Shown here: positions 56,107 to 64,000 of the stretch, one piece after another
Layout: every line of letters begins with the position of its first letter
Numbering within the stretch: position 1 is the first letter of the stretch
Source of the DNA: an uncultured virus (IMG/VR IMGVR_UViG_3300042503_001656)
Taxonomy: Duplodnaviria > Heunggongvirae > Uroviricota > Caudoviricetes
DNA: 64,000 nt
Virus record (IMG/VR): IMGVR_UViG_3300042503_001656
Location: 1 to 64,000 of that record
Strand: one strand, 5' to 3'
Program-made: the position numbers and the translations under genes
The notes under the pieces: model-generated
Databases searched by the model: none
What the model was told of the DNA's origin: nothing
The model's input: the letters and a program-made list of their open reading frames with translations, nothing else

Positions 56107-56639
56107 TATGCAGCGCCAGGCTTAGGAATGGACCTCCACGCTGCTTCCATTTTTGCAGCGTCTTTTGCAAATTCAGGCTCGAGTTCTATGTGTATCCACT
56201 TCCCTCCGAATGAGCCAGCATTATCTTTTTCGTTATAAATTTTCACCCCTGCAGCGCCCTCGCCGCGCGAGCACCTGAAACCGCGACCGAAGCCGGGCTT
56301 CTTGTCTGTTGCGTTTGCATCGAATGCGTAGTCGTGAATTTCCACAATGCCAAGAGCTTCTGCGTTTGCAAGGAACCAATCCCACATTGCTACGCCGATT
56401 TTGCGGTCTGTGTAGCCGATGTCTGCTGCTGCGCCAGTTGCATGGACGCTCAGAAACTTCTCCATGCCTGGGTCGCCAATTTTCTTGCCAGCAGTCTTCG
56501 AATTTCTCATCAATCGATTGGAATAGATTCCCATGTTCGTCGTTTTCCATCTTCTGGAACAAGCATTAACAAACCAGACAGTTCCGTCTCCAGCCTTTTT
56601 TCCGTCAAAAGCGGGGAAATATGGGTACTTTCTTGTCAT
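56106..56639 (-). CDS. Endolysin-like Zn peptidase (M15/LAS fold)
   Basis: SVHATGAAADI and WIHIE metal ligands. Confidence 0.7.
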   Translation of the reverse strand: MTRKYPYFPAFDGKKAGDGTVWFVNACSRRWKTTNMGIYSNRLMRNSKTAGKKIGDPGMEKFLSVHATGAAADIGYTDRKIGVAMWDWFLANAEALGIVEIHDYAFDANATDKKPGFGRGFRCSRGEGAAGVKIYNEKDNAGSFGGKWIHIELEPEFAKDAAKMEAAWRSIPKPGAA

Positions 56640-56753
56640 TTTGGTCCTCCATAAATAGGTTGTGGGGCGTGCAAAACTATGGCAAGTTAAAACACACCAA
56701 TATTATACCTCATCAAAAATGATGGGTAATAAAGGAGCTATGCGGCAGTTGGT

Positions 56754-58190
56754 TTATTTTTGTTTTGCTTTTTTGAAAATTATCAAAAAGAAGCCAAAGC
56801 AAATTGCATAAACACTTAACAGCACCCTGTACAGGAATTGAGCACCAGTTTGTGGAAGATTTGGTTCGTGGCTATGAGAACTATGGTCATGAACTGTGGT
56901 TGTAGTGATAGGTGCTTCAACAACAACGCTAGTAGTGCTTGATTGTTCCGTGCTCGGCACTGGGGGTTGTGTTGTTGTTATAACTGGCTCAACAGTTGTA
57001 CTAGGAGCAATAGTCGTAGTTGGAGCAACTGTAGTAGTTGTAGGGGGAACAGTGGTTGTAGGAGGATTCCACGTTACGGTTGCAGAAACTGTCTTAGAAA
57101 CACCACTAACAACAGCCGTAGCTGTATATACGGCTGAACCTGTTGAGCTTGTGCGTACAACTATTGTTGCCACACCGGAAGCGTTAGTCACGGCAGTGAG
57201 TGTTTGACCAGCATCTGGCCCACTGCTAACCGTAACTGTAACTGTAACTCCAGGCTGGGCAACGCCAGAAATAGTCTGTGCCGTTGCCGTGATTGTGAGG
57301 TCCTCACCTGCGTTTGGGTTCTGGGGAGAAACAGCAAGAGTAAATGAGCTAGGCAAAGAGACAGAGCCTCCACCGATAGATACAGCTTTTCTTGTGCTAG
57401 ATGCTGATGGGTACGGATAATCGGCCAAAACTTTTAGCGTTCCCACATTCCCAGTAAAGTATCCGTGCCAGCAGGCGGCAACCATTGTGTTTGATAAACC
57501 GAAATCCGAAATTCCATCTGCTGCCGCATCTGGTCCACCATTGCATCCGCCATCGTTGAATGTTGCAGTTGGAAGAAGAGCCGTTAACCAGCCGTATGGG
57601 TTGTAGCTAGAAAAAAGTCCACCTCCAGAGTTAACAAAGTCTGCAATTTTTTCAGCATTTGTTGTAAACAATCCATTTATGGCAGAAGACCGACTCCAGT
57701 CGTCTGGTATCCAAATCATTTTTGGAGGATTTGATGTTATCCCAGAAGAAAAAAATGTGTTTAATTGCGCTGATGTCGATATAAATTCAACGCTTGGTTG
57801 AAGACTGGAAGACGCATTACCAAATTGTGTTAAAAATTTTGTAGAAAGAAGAGTGTTCCAGTTATTGCCACAACCGCCAGCACTGTTTGCATTATCTATG
57901 CCAAGAATTGCAATTTTTCCATTATTTCCAGGAATTATGGATTGGTCGTAAACGCTTTTAACAACCTTGGCAATGTATTGGTCTGTATTCTCGCCCATTG
58001 CAGCGTGACAAACTGGGTCCATGCCGTCAAGAACAATAGGTCCTCCGCCAGTATTTGCACTTGCTGGATTTCCCCACGTTAAAGAATTTTGATTCTTGGA
58101 ATAATCAAGGGGAAAGATGCTAATTCCCAAAACAACACAAGCAACAGCAATTACTTGAACAATCCTGTAGTTAAATTTATCTAAATACAT
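56754..58190 (-). CDS. Secreted surface protein with Ig-like domain, Thr-rich linker and LPxTG anchor
   Basis: N-terminal TM/signal; GVTVTVTVSSGP...TNASGVAT; LPQTG + TM + KKAKQK. Confidence 0.75.
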   Translation of the reverse strand: MYLDKFNYRIVQVIAVACVVLGISIFPLDYSKNQNSLTWGNPASANTGGGPIVLDGMDPVCHAAMGENTDQYIAKVVKSVYDQSIIPGNNGKIAILGIDNANSAGGCGNNWNTLLSTKFLTQFGNASSSLQPSVEFISTSAQLNTFFSSGITSNPPKMIWIPDDWSRSSAINGLFTTNAEKIADFVNSGGGLFSSYNPYGWLTALLPTATFNDGGCNGGPDAAADGISDFGLSNTMVAACWHGYFTGNVGTLKVLADYPYPSASSTRKAVSIGGGSVSLPSSFTLAVSPQNPNAGEDLTITATAQTISGVAQPGVTVTVTVSSGPDAGQTLTAVTNASGVATIVVRTSSTGSAVYTATAVVSGVSKTVSATVTWNPPTTTVPPTTTTVAPTTTIAPSTTVEPVITTTQPPVPSTEQSSTTSVVVEAPITTTTVHDHSSHSHEPNLPQTGAQFLYRVLLSVYAICFGFFLIIFKKAKQK

Positions 58191-58191
58191 T

Positions 58192-58365
58192 TTAGTCTTC
58201 TTTCTTTATTACTATTCCAGTGAGATGAACCAATAGGGCAATGCCGGAAATCCACATGCCCATTGTTCTTGTTTCTCCGGAAAGGGTTATTAATACGGTC
58301 ACCGCTCCGGCGAGAGTCCATGCAAGAGCATGGAATTCTTTGATTACTTTTTTAAAAGCTTTCAA
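58192..58365 (-). CDS. Small two-TM protein (not in ORF track)
   Basis: TTG start, AAGGAG SD; WTLAGAVTVLITLSG. Confidence 0.6.
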   Translation of the reverse strand: MKAFKKVIKEFHALAWTLAGAVTVLITLSGETRTMGMWISGIALLVHLTGIVIKKED

Positions 58366-60272
58366 TTTATTCTCCTTCTATTAGAAGTGTTTTTGTTTTC
58401 AGATGGGCCTGCACCGCCGCCGCCACCGCCACTATTCCCACTCGGAGAAGATGGAGAAGATGGGGCACCGGCCGACATGGTTATGCTTGTTGCGGCAATG
58501 GCAGCTGCGACAACGACTCTTCTTGTTCCAACATCCACGGCAGAGCCAAGCGGAACATATGTGTCGATTGCTCCGTCAAATACGTTGATTTCAGATTCCA
58601 TTGCTTCTCTGACTTCAGTTGGGGCGTCTTGGGCAGCTTCAACCAGCTCTGCTGCTTCTTCCGCTGTTACGTTTGAAATGTCAACCGCGTCAAAGATTTC
58701 TGTTGCCTGTTCGCCGTCAATGCTCTGCAAAACCTTTTCACTTGTAGCAAGTTCGGTAGCTTGGTCCTCGTTTACACCAGCTTCCAGAACAGAATCAACT
58801 GCGCTCGCAACCTGCTCTTCTGTGACGCTGTCGTTTTCAAGGACGTCCACCACTGCAGAAAACTGTTCATCAGTTAGTGGTTGGTCTAAAACTTGAGAAA
58901 TAACTTCGTCAAACTTTTCATCAGACAAAGGCTCATCAAACACGGCTTCAAGAACATTCGTTAATTCGTCTGTTGAAAGAGGTCGTGAAAAAACTTCATC
59001 AATAACAGCAGAAAACTGTTCTTCGGTCAGCGGTTTATCAAGAATGTCGTTTACGGCCTCACCCAAAGCGTCCGGATTTGTAATTTCGTCAATAATTTCA
59101 GAAACTGCATTTGACAAAGCTGTAGTAGATATGTTTTCAGTATCCAGATTGTCAATTTCGTCTTGTTTTTCTTCTTCTAATTCTGGCGCATCCGGCGTTG
59201 TTGGCGTTTGTTCTTCGGCATATTGTGGTATCTCGGGGGCGGGTTCATCGCTTTCGGGATTACTCGTGCTCGGGGGTGTCTCAAGTGGTACCTCTGTTTC
59301 TGGGGCGACCGTTATTACGGTAGGAACATCGATTTCTTCTGGAACGGTTGTAGTGGTTGTACTAGTTGTGGTTGCGCTGGTTGTAGTAGTAGGTAGTGTT
59401 ACGCCGTTAACTTCATTACTCCAGCTGGAGTAAACGGGAATTGAGTCGTTATCTGCCCTCACTTTGAACTGACAAGACTGTTCAGGCTCAAAATTTTCAA
59501 TTACAGCAGAAGTTATTGGCGAAGCTATGGCAAATCCAGAAGCCCAATTATCACAAGACCAAAAAACCGCATATCTTTCGACACTGGCATTTGACTCTTC
59601 TGGGGCATCCCAAGATAAATAGACCTTACTTTCATTGGTTGAAGTCACCATAAGGTTTTGCGGACTGTTTAGATATGGAGCAATTGTTGTAGTCGTAGTA
59701 GGTGCTACTTGTTGAGTAAATGCACTGTCTGGGACCACGGCCCAACCTGAACCAATGTCCCAATAAAGCGTGGTCCACGCACCTCCACCGTTTTCGTAGA
59801 ACCACATTTCAAATTTCTTAGATACGCCAGCCTCAAAATCAACATAACTTGACAGTGTTCCACCGCCACCTTTGTCTCGCCAGTCGTCTTGTATGCGTAC
59901 ATCGTCTACATAGAGCTGTGTTCCGTCATCAGCCTGAGGCCAAAATCTAAAAGAACCAGAAACAGGAGAGGTTATGAAACCCTCATATCGGACAATAAAG
60001 TCTTCATACATCCCAAATGGCGGACTTTGGTCAAAGTTTTGCTCCACCCTTGACACCGTTGTTTGACCCACGGACGGTCTGCCAGAAACTGTAGGAAGCG
60101 GCGGATTGGAGTTGTAGCCAAAATTGTTATAAACGGTCATTAATAAACCGGGGTCAACATCAGCTCTAGCGAAGCCAGAAAATGTGCTAACTATTGACAA
60201 TATTGCTACAGGGAGGGTCAACCATGCTGAACGTCTAAATTTAAACCTAGTGTTCCCAAAAAATGACACCAT
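58362..60272 (-). CDS. Secreted PA14 + FN3 protein with acidic repeats
   Basis: FIVRYEGFI...ADDGTQLYVD...YENGGGA (PA14); SPQNL...LSWDAP...KVRA.N (FN3); repeated D.PL..E.F. Confidence 0.8.
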   Translation of the reverse strand: MVSFFGNTRFKFRRSAWLTLPVAILSIVSTFSGFARADVDPGLLMTVYNNFGYNSNPPLPTVSGRPSVGQTTVSRVEQNFDQSPPFGMYEDFIVRYEGFITSPVSGSFRFWPQADDGTQLYVDDVRIQDDWRDKGGGGTLSSYVDFEAGVSKKFEMWFYENGGGAWTTLYWDIGSGWAVVPDSAFTQQVAPTTTTTIAPYLNSPQNLMVTSTNESKVYLSWDAPEESNASVERYAVFWSCDNWASGFAIASPITSAVIENFEPEQSCQFKVRADNDSIPVYSSWSNEVNGVTLPTTTTSATTTSTTTTTVPEEIDVPTVITVAPETEVPLETPPSTSNPESDEPAPEIPQYAEEQTPTTPDAPELEEEKQDEIDNLDTENISTTALSNAVSEIIDEITNPDALGEAVNDILDKPLTEEQFSAVIDEVFSRPLSTDELTNVLEAVFDEPLSDEKFDEVISQVLDQPLTDEQFSAVVDVLENDSVTEEQVASAVDSVLEAGVNEDQATELATSEKVLQSIDGEQATEIFDAVDISNVTAEEAAELVEAAQDAPTEVREAMESEINVFDGAIDTYVPLGSAVDVGTRRVVVAAAIAATSITMSAGAPSSPSSPSGNSGGGGGGAGPSENKNTSNRRRIN

Positions 60273-60447
60273 TTCCCCAAATGTGATAGTCGATTGCCCC
60301 AAAGACAAAACAATTTTACCATTTTTACAAACATTAAAAATCACGGACATTAATATTGTTAGCGCCAAATTAACAAAAGCACTGTGACTTACTTGCTACT
60401 CAGGTGTTTTCTCTCAACTACAATAAATACTGGAGAATCTCTAGGAG

Positions 60448-60819
60448 TTGGCCATGATTGCAGGCATTTACAACATATTTTGTCAGCAGGGTGCTACCTT
60501 TACGCGAATCATCGACCTCCAGTATCCCGACGCCGTTGACCCCACAATTTTTTACCCGTACGACCTTGAAGGTTTTACTGCGAGGATGCAAGTAAGAAGA
60601 ACTATTTCTTCTACAACAAAAATAGTTGAGCTAACTACTGAAAACGGAAGAATAGAAATAGTTCCAGAAGACGGAAGAATTATTCTGAATATGCCACCAT
60701 CAGTGACCGCGGCGATAACAAGCAGCGGAGTCTATGACCTAGAAATTCAAAGCACTGAAGGGGTCGTGTCAAGAGTTGTTCAAGGAAGCTTTACTCTTTC
60801 CGAGGAAGTAACAAGATGA
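60448..60819 (+). CDS. Virion structural / tail-associated protein
   Basis: QGATF...DL.G.TARMQVR...GVYDLE...R...G.F. Confidence 0.7.
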   Translation: MAMIAGIYNIFCQQGATFTRIIDLQYPDAVDPTIFYPYDLEGFTARMQVRRTISSTTKIVELTTENGRIEIVPEDGRIILNMPPSVTAAITSSGVYDLEIQSTEGVVSRVVQGSFTLSEEVTR

Positions 60820-61133
60820 GCAATGTTCCGAACCAGGTAAATATTCATGAGGACACTCCAAACCAAGTAATAATTAATCAGGATTCACCGAATCAAGTAA
60901 TTGTTAGAGGTGGGGGTATCGGAGGAAACTCCGCCAATACGAGTAGACACGTACATGCTCAGAGTGTTGCTTCAGACGAATGGGTAATTACTCACACTCT
61001 TGGTGGCTACCCTTCCGTATCCATTGTTGATTCTGCAAAAACAGCAGTCTTTGGTGAAGTACAATATGACAGTACGACACAAGTGACAGTGTACTTCACC
61101 GTGCCGTTCTCTGGATTCGCATACCTAACATAA
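60816..61133 (+). CDS. Tail-fibre-associated small protein
   Basis: H.Q...S..W.ITH.LG.YPSV...FSG.AYL. Confidence 0.7.
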   Translation: MSNVPNQVNIHEDTPNQVIINQDSPNQVIVRGGGIGGNSANTSRHVHAQSVASDEWVITHTLGGYPSVSIVDSAKTAVFGEVQYDSTTQVTVYFTVPFSGFAYLT

Positions 61134-61146
61134 GGACAAAGGGCTG

Positions 61147-62451
61147 ATGGCAACTAAATTTCTTACAAATATTGACCTAAATCAAAACCAACTGGTCAAT
61201 GCCACCTTTGAGGTAGTCGGCACAGACCCTAACTCCGGCAACTTTGAAGGCCGGATGATTTACAACAGTACCACAGACTCAATCAAAGTCTACGGCAATG
61301 GTGCGTGGCGTTCATTTGTAAATGGCATATCTTCTGGTGGCGGAGCAGGAATTTCTGAAGCCCTTACTGTTTCTGAATCAAACGGCGTCGTAACCCTTAC
61401 GCTAAATGTTGCCGATGTTGATTCTGCTGGTTTACTTTCTTCAACATTTTGGGGATTGCTTAACGGTGCAACTTCTGATGCGACAGTTTCCACTCTTGTA
61501 AAAAGAGATAGCAGCGGCAATATTAAGGTTGCCACTCCTACCGACGCTGCTCATGCTGCCACCAAGGGGTATGTAGATGCAGCTCGTCAGGGCCTCGATG
61601 TTAAGCAGTCAGTTCGTGCTGCTACTACTGGTCCAGTCAACCTTTCAAATGAACTTGAGGCTGGAGACACGATTGACGGCACGGTAACCCTCGTTGCTGG
61701 TGACCGCGTTCTCGTTAAAAACCAAGGAACAGCATCACAAAACGGTATTTATGTTGTTCAAGAGACTGGTGCACCAGTTCGTGCAACTGACGCAAATGGC
61801 ACTGCCGATACGGGAACAGTATCTGGTGGAACATTTACCTTCGTTGAAGAAGGTACTGCAAACGCCGACTCTGGTTGGGTGGTTTCAAGCAACGGAGTCA
61901 TCACTGTTGGCACCGATGCAATGAACTGGGTTCAGTTCTCTGGTGCTGGTGCAGTAGTTGCTGGTGACGGTCTTACAAAAGATGGTGCAACAATCAATGC
62001 TGTCGGAACAACCGACCGTATCTCAGTTTCTGCTAATGCTATTGACATTGCTTCCACGTATGCTGGTCAAGCAAGCATTACAACTCTTGGCACAATTACC
62101 ACAGGTACATGGAATGGCGTAGACATTGCAGTTGCTGACGGTGGTACCGGTGCTTCAACAGCAGCAGATGCTCGTACAAACCTTGCAAGCACTTCAACTT
62201 CTGGTCAGACAACTTCTACTGCAGTTCTTGCAAGAGTTGTACATCAGGCTTGTGCCGCTTCTTCGGTTGGCGTTTCGACCACAACAGTTACGCACAACTT
62301 TGGCACAAAGAATGTGACTGTTCAGGTTTACCAAGTATCAACTGGTGAAACAGTAAACTGCGATGTTGTTCGTTCAAGCAATGACTCAGTTGTTGTTACA
62401 ATGAACGGAACAATCTCGTCTGACGATTTCCATATCGTAGTAACAGGCTGA
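61147..62451 (+). CDS. Tail fibre / baseplate-associated protein
   Basis: AATKGYVD, LD.KQSVRAATT, GDRVLVKNQ...NGIY, VADGGTGAS. Confidence 0.8.
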   Translation: MATKFLTNIDLNQNQLVNATFEVVGTDPNSGNFEGRMIYNSTTDSIKVYGNGAWRSFVNGISSGGGAGISEALTVSESNGVVTLTLNVADVDSAGLLSSTFWGLLNGATSDATVSTLVKRDSSGNIKVATPTDAAHAATKGYVDAARQGLDVKQSVRAATTGPVNLSNELEAGDTIDGTVTLVAGDRVLVKNQGTASQNGIYVVQETGAPVRATDANGTADTGTVSGGTFTFVEEGTANADSGWVVSSNGVITVGTDAMNWVQFSGAGAVVAGDGLTKDGATINAVGTTDRISVSANAIDIASTYAGQASITTLGTITTGTWNGVDIAVADGGTGASTAADARTNLASTSTSGQTTSTAVLARVVHQACAASSVGVSTTTVTHNFGTKNVTVQVYQVSTGETVNCDVVRSSNDSVVVTMNGTISSDDFHIVVTG

Positions 62452-62494
62452 TAGTCCGCCCTGAGGGGCAAAAATGTAGGAAGCGATTGAGGTC

Positions 62495-64000
62495 GTGGCA
62501 CAAAAATTTATAACCCCAATTACAATCAAGCAGCTGTCATCTGCTGGCTCTGATGGGTTGACAATTTTTGTAGACGGCGACACCTACGCAAGACTTCAAG
62601 TTCAAGGTGGTGGTCGCCTTGTTTGGGGTGACGGAACTGCAGTCGGAGATGTAAATCTCTACCGTGACGAAGCAAATGTTCTCAAGACTGACGACACCCT
62701 AAAAGTACCTGCTCTCTATATTGACGGAATTGAAGTTGACACTTCAGGTGCTTCATCAGGTCAGATTCTTCGTTTTGATGGTGCCAAGTTTGTTCCCTAT
62801 ACGGGTGATGCTGGTCCAACTGGTCCTACGGGTCCGACTGGACCTACTGGACCACAAGGTGCAGATGGTTATGTAGGTTCAGACGGCGCTACTGGGGCAA
62901 CAGGTCCTGCAGGCCCAACTGGGCCAGGTTACGATGTTTACTCCACTACCGAGCATTATCCCGGCCCGTCCGGCCCGACTGGTACTGGATGGTTTCATTT
63001 TGCAGTAGAAGAAAGTGGGGCATACACACCAGGACAATATGTCCGTGTTGCCAGTATCTCTTCTCCGAATAGCCGATACATAGAAGGCACTATTGCAGAA
63101 GTAGTAACAGACACTGAAATTGTTGTTGCTCCTGCTCAATATATTCCCTCTGGACCTACGGGCCCAGAATATTTAGTTGACGACTGGCGTTTTACCTTAA
63201 TCGGTCGCCCAGGACCGACTGGTGCAACTGGTGCAAGTGGTGTTGCAGGGCCCACGGGAGCAACTGGACCAGAAGGGGCTACAGGTCCGACTGGTAACAA
63301 CGGTTCGGATGGTCTTTCCGTAAGAGTTAAATCTCCTGTAGCAACATATGAAGACCTAGAGTTGCTGGGACCTAGTGGAACAAGTATTGGAGACCTCCGC
63401 TATGTGATTGACGAAGGAAACTTGTATTCTTTCGGACCTACTGGTGCTGGTTATGGGTGGGTTGATAGTGGTCACATAGAAGGACCAACGGGTCCGACAG
63501 GTGCTACTGGACCGACAGGGCCTCAAAGCGCTAACTACTTAGGCAACTATGACGATGAGTATCCATACGTACTTAAAGACGTGGTTACATATCAAGGTTC
63601 ACTTTGGGGGAGGGCTACTAACCCAGGCGTGGCAGGCGTTGAGCCACCAACAGATTGGGTTCTTTTGGTCTCTGTTGGCGCAACCGGTGCAACCGGTGCA
63701 ACCGGACCCACAGGCTCAACCGGCGCTACGGGAGCAACCGGCGATACTGGCTCAGTAGGTGCAACTGGCCCAACAGGCCCTGCTGGTCCGCTCGATGAAT
63801 TAACTGATGTCATTATTACTACCCCAGGAGAATTTCAGTCTCTTCAATACGACGGAACAAACTGGGTAAATACATATGCATCAACTGCTACCTATGTAAG
63901 AAATGCAGAATCAACAACATTAACTACTGGAACCGTTGTTTATCTTTATGGCGCAACCGGTGACCATGCTTCTGTAAAAAGAGCAGACAATAGTTCTGAT
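62495..64000 (+). CDS. Collagen-like (G-P-T/G-A-T repeat) tail fibre, runs off window
   Basis: GTG start with GAGG SD; many GGT-CCN-ACN triplets. Confidence 0.8.
   Translation, partial: MAQKFITPITIKQLSSAGSDGLTIFVDGDTYARLQVQGGGRLVWGDGTAVGDVNLYRDEANVLKTDDTLKVPALYIDGIEVDTSGASSGQILRFDGAKFVPYTGDAGPTGPTGPTGPTGPQGADGYVGSDGATGATGPAGPTGPGYDVYSTTEHYPGPSGPTGTGWFHFAVEESGAYTPGQYVRVASISSPNSRYIEGTIAEVVTDTEIVVAPAQYIPSGPTGPEYLVDDWRFTLIGRPGPTGATGASGVAGPTGATGPEGATGPTGNNGSDGLSVRVKSPVATYEDLELLGPSGTSIGDLRYVIDEGNLYSFGPTGAGYGWVDSGHIEGPTGPTGATGPTGPQSANYLGNYDDEYPYVLKDVVTYQGSLWGRATNPGVAGVEPPTDWVLLVSVGATGATGATGPTGSTGATGATGDTGSVGATGPTGPAGPLDELTDVIITTPGEFQSLQYDGTNWVNTYASTATYVRNAESTTLTTGTVVYLYGATGDHASVKRADNSSD

Noticed and set aside
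62800..63790. 9-bp periodic repeats
   Set aside because: Explained by collagen Gly-X-Y coding in a tail fibre.

Overview
This 64-kb window is a segment of a large tailed phage, most likely infecting Actinobacteria. Support for the host: two WhiB proteins, an Rpf-like transglycosylase, an actinobacterial-type SSB, TANNNT -10 boxes and leaderless starts. Layout: (1) 1-3 kb, Endo VII-like nuclease, tRNA-Ile2, HTH and LexA-like regulators. (2) 3.1-4.3 kb, a non-coding, strand-biased CA-rich low-complexity tract. (3) 4.3-16 kb, SSB, muralytic enzyme, ThyX, three tRNAs, secreted phosphoesterase, SGNH hydrolase, DUF932 and a HARP/SNF2 helicase. (4) About 16-45.7 kb, an array of small, presumably early genes. 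About 50 copies of one promoter-like element (TTGTCG-N18-TANNNT) occur between 4.7 and 43 kb, and about 36 of them sit 36-37 nt before a leaderless start codon. They are interleaved with hairpins capped by a constant CGGGGCT motif. (5) 46-54 kb, replication and regulatory genes. (6) 54-64 kb, lysis, surface and tail-fibre genes. Main signals: two homologous ~200-nt structured ncRNA candidates rich in anti-Shine-Dalgarno motifs inside a largely leaderless regulon (possible SD-translation shut-off); four host-type parS sites; a frame-independent ACAGCR 5' element; and nine co-oriented GACGGTGGTGGAWGA sites. All calls are by eye, no searches were run, and counts are hand counts.
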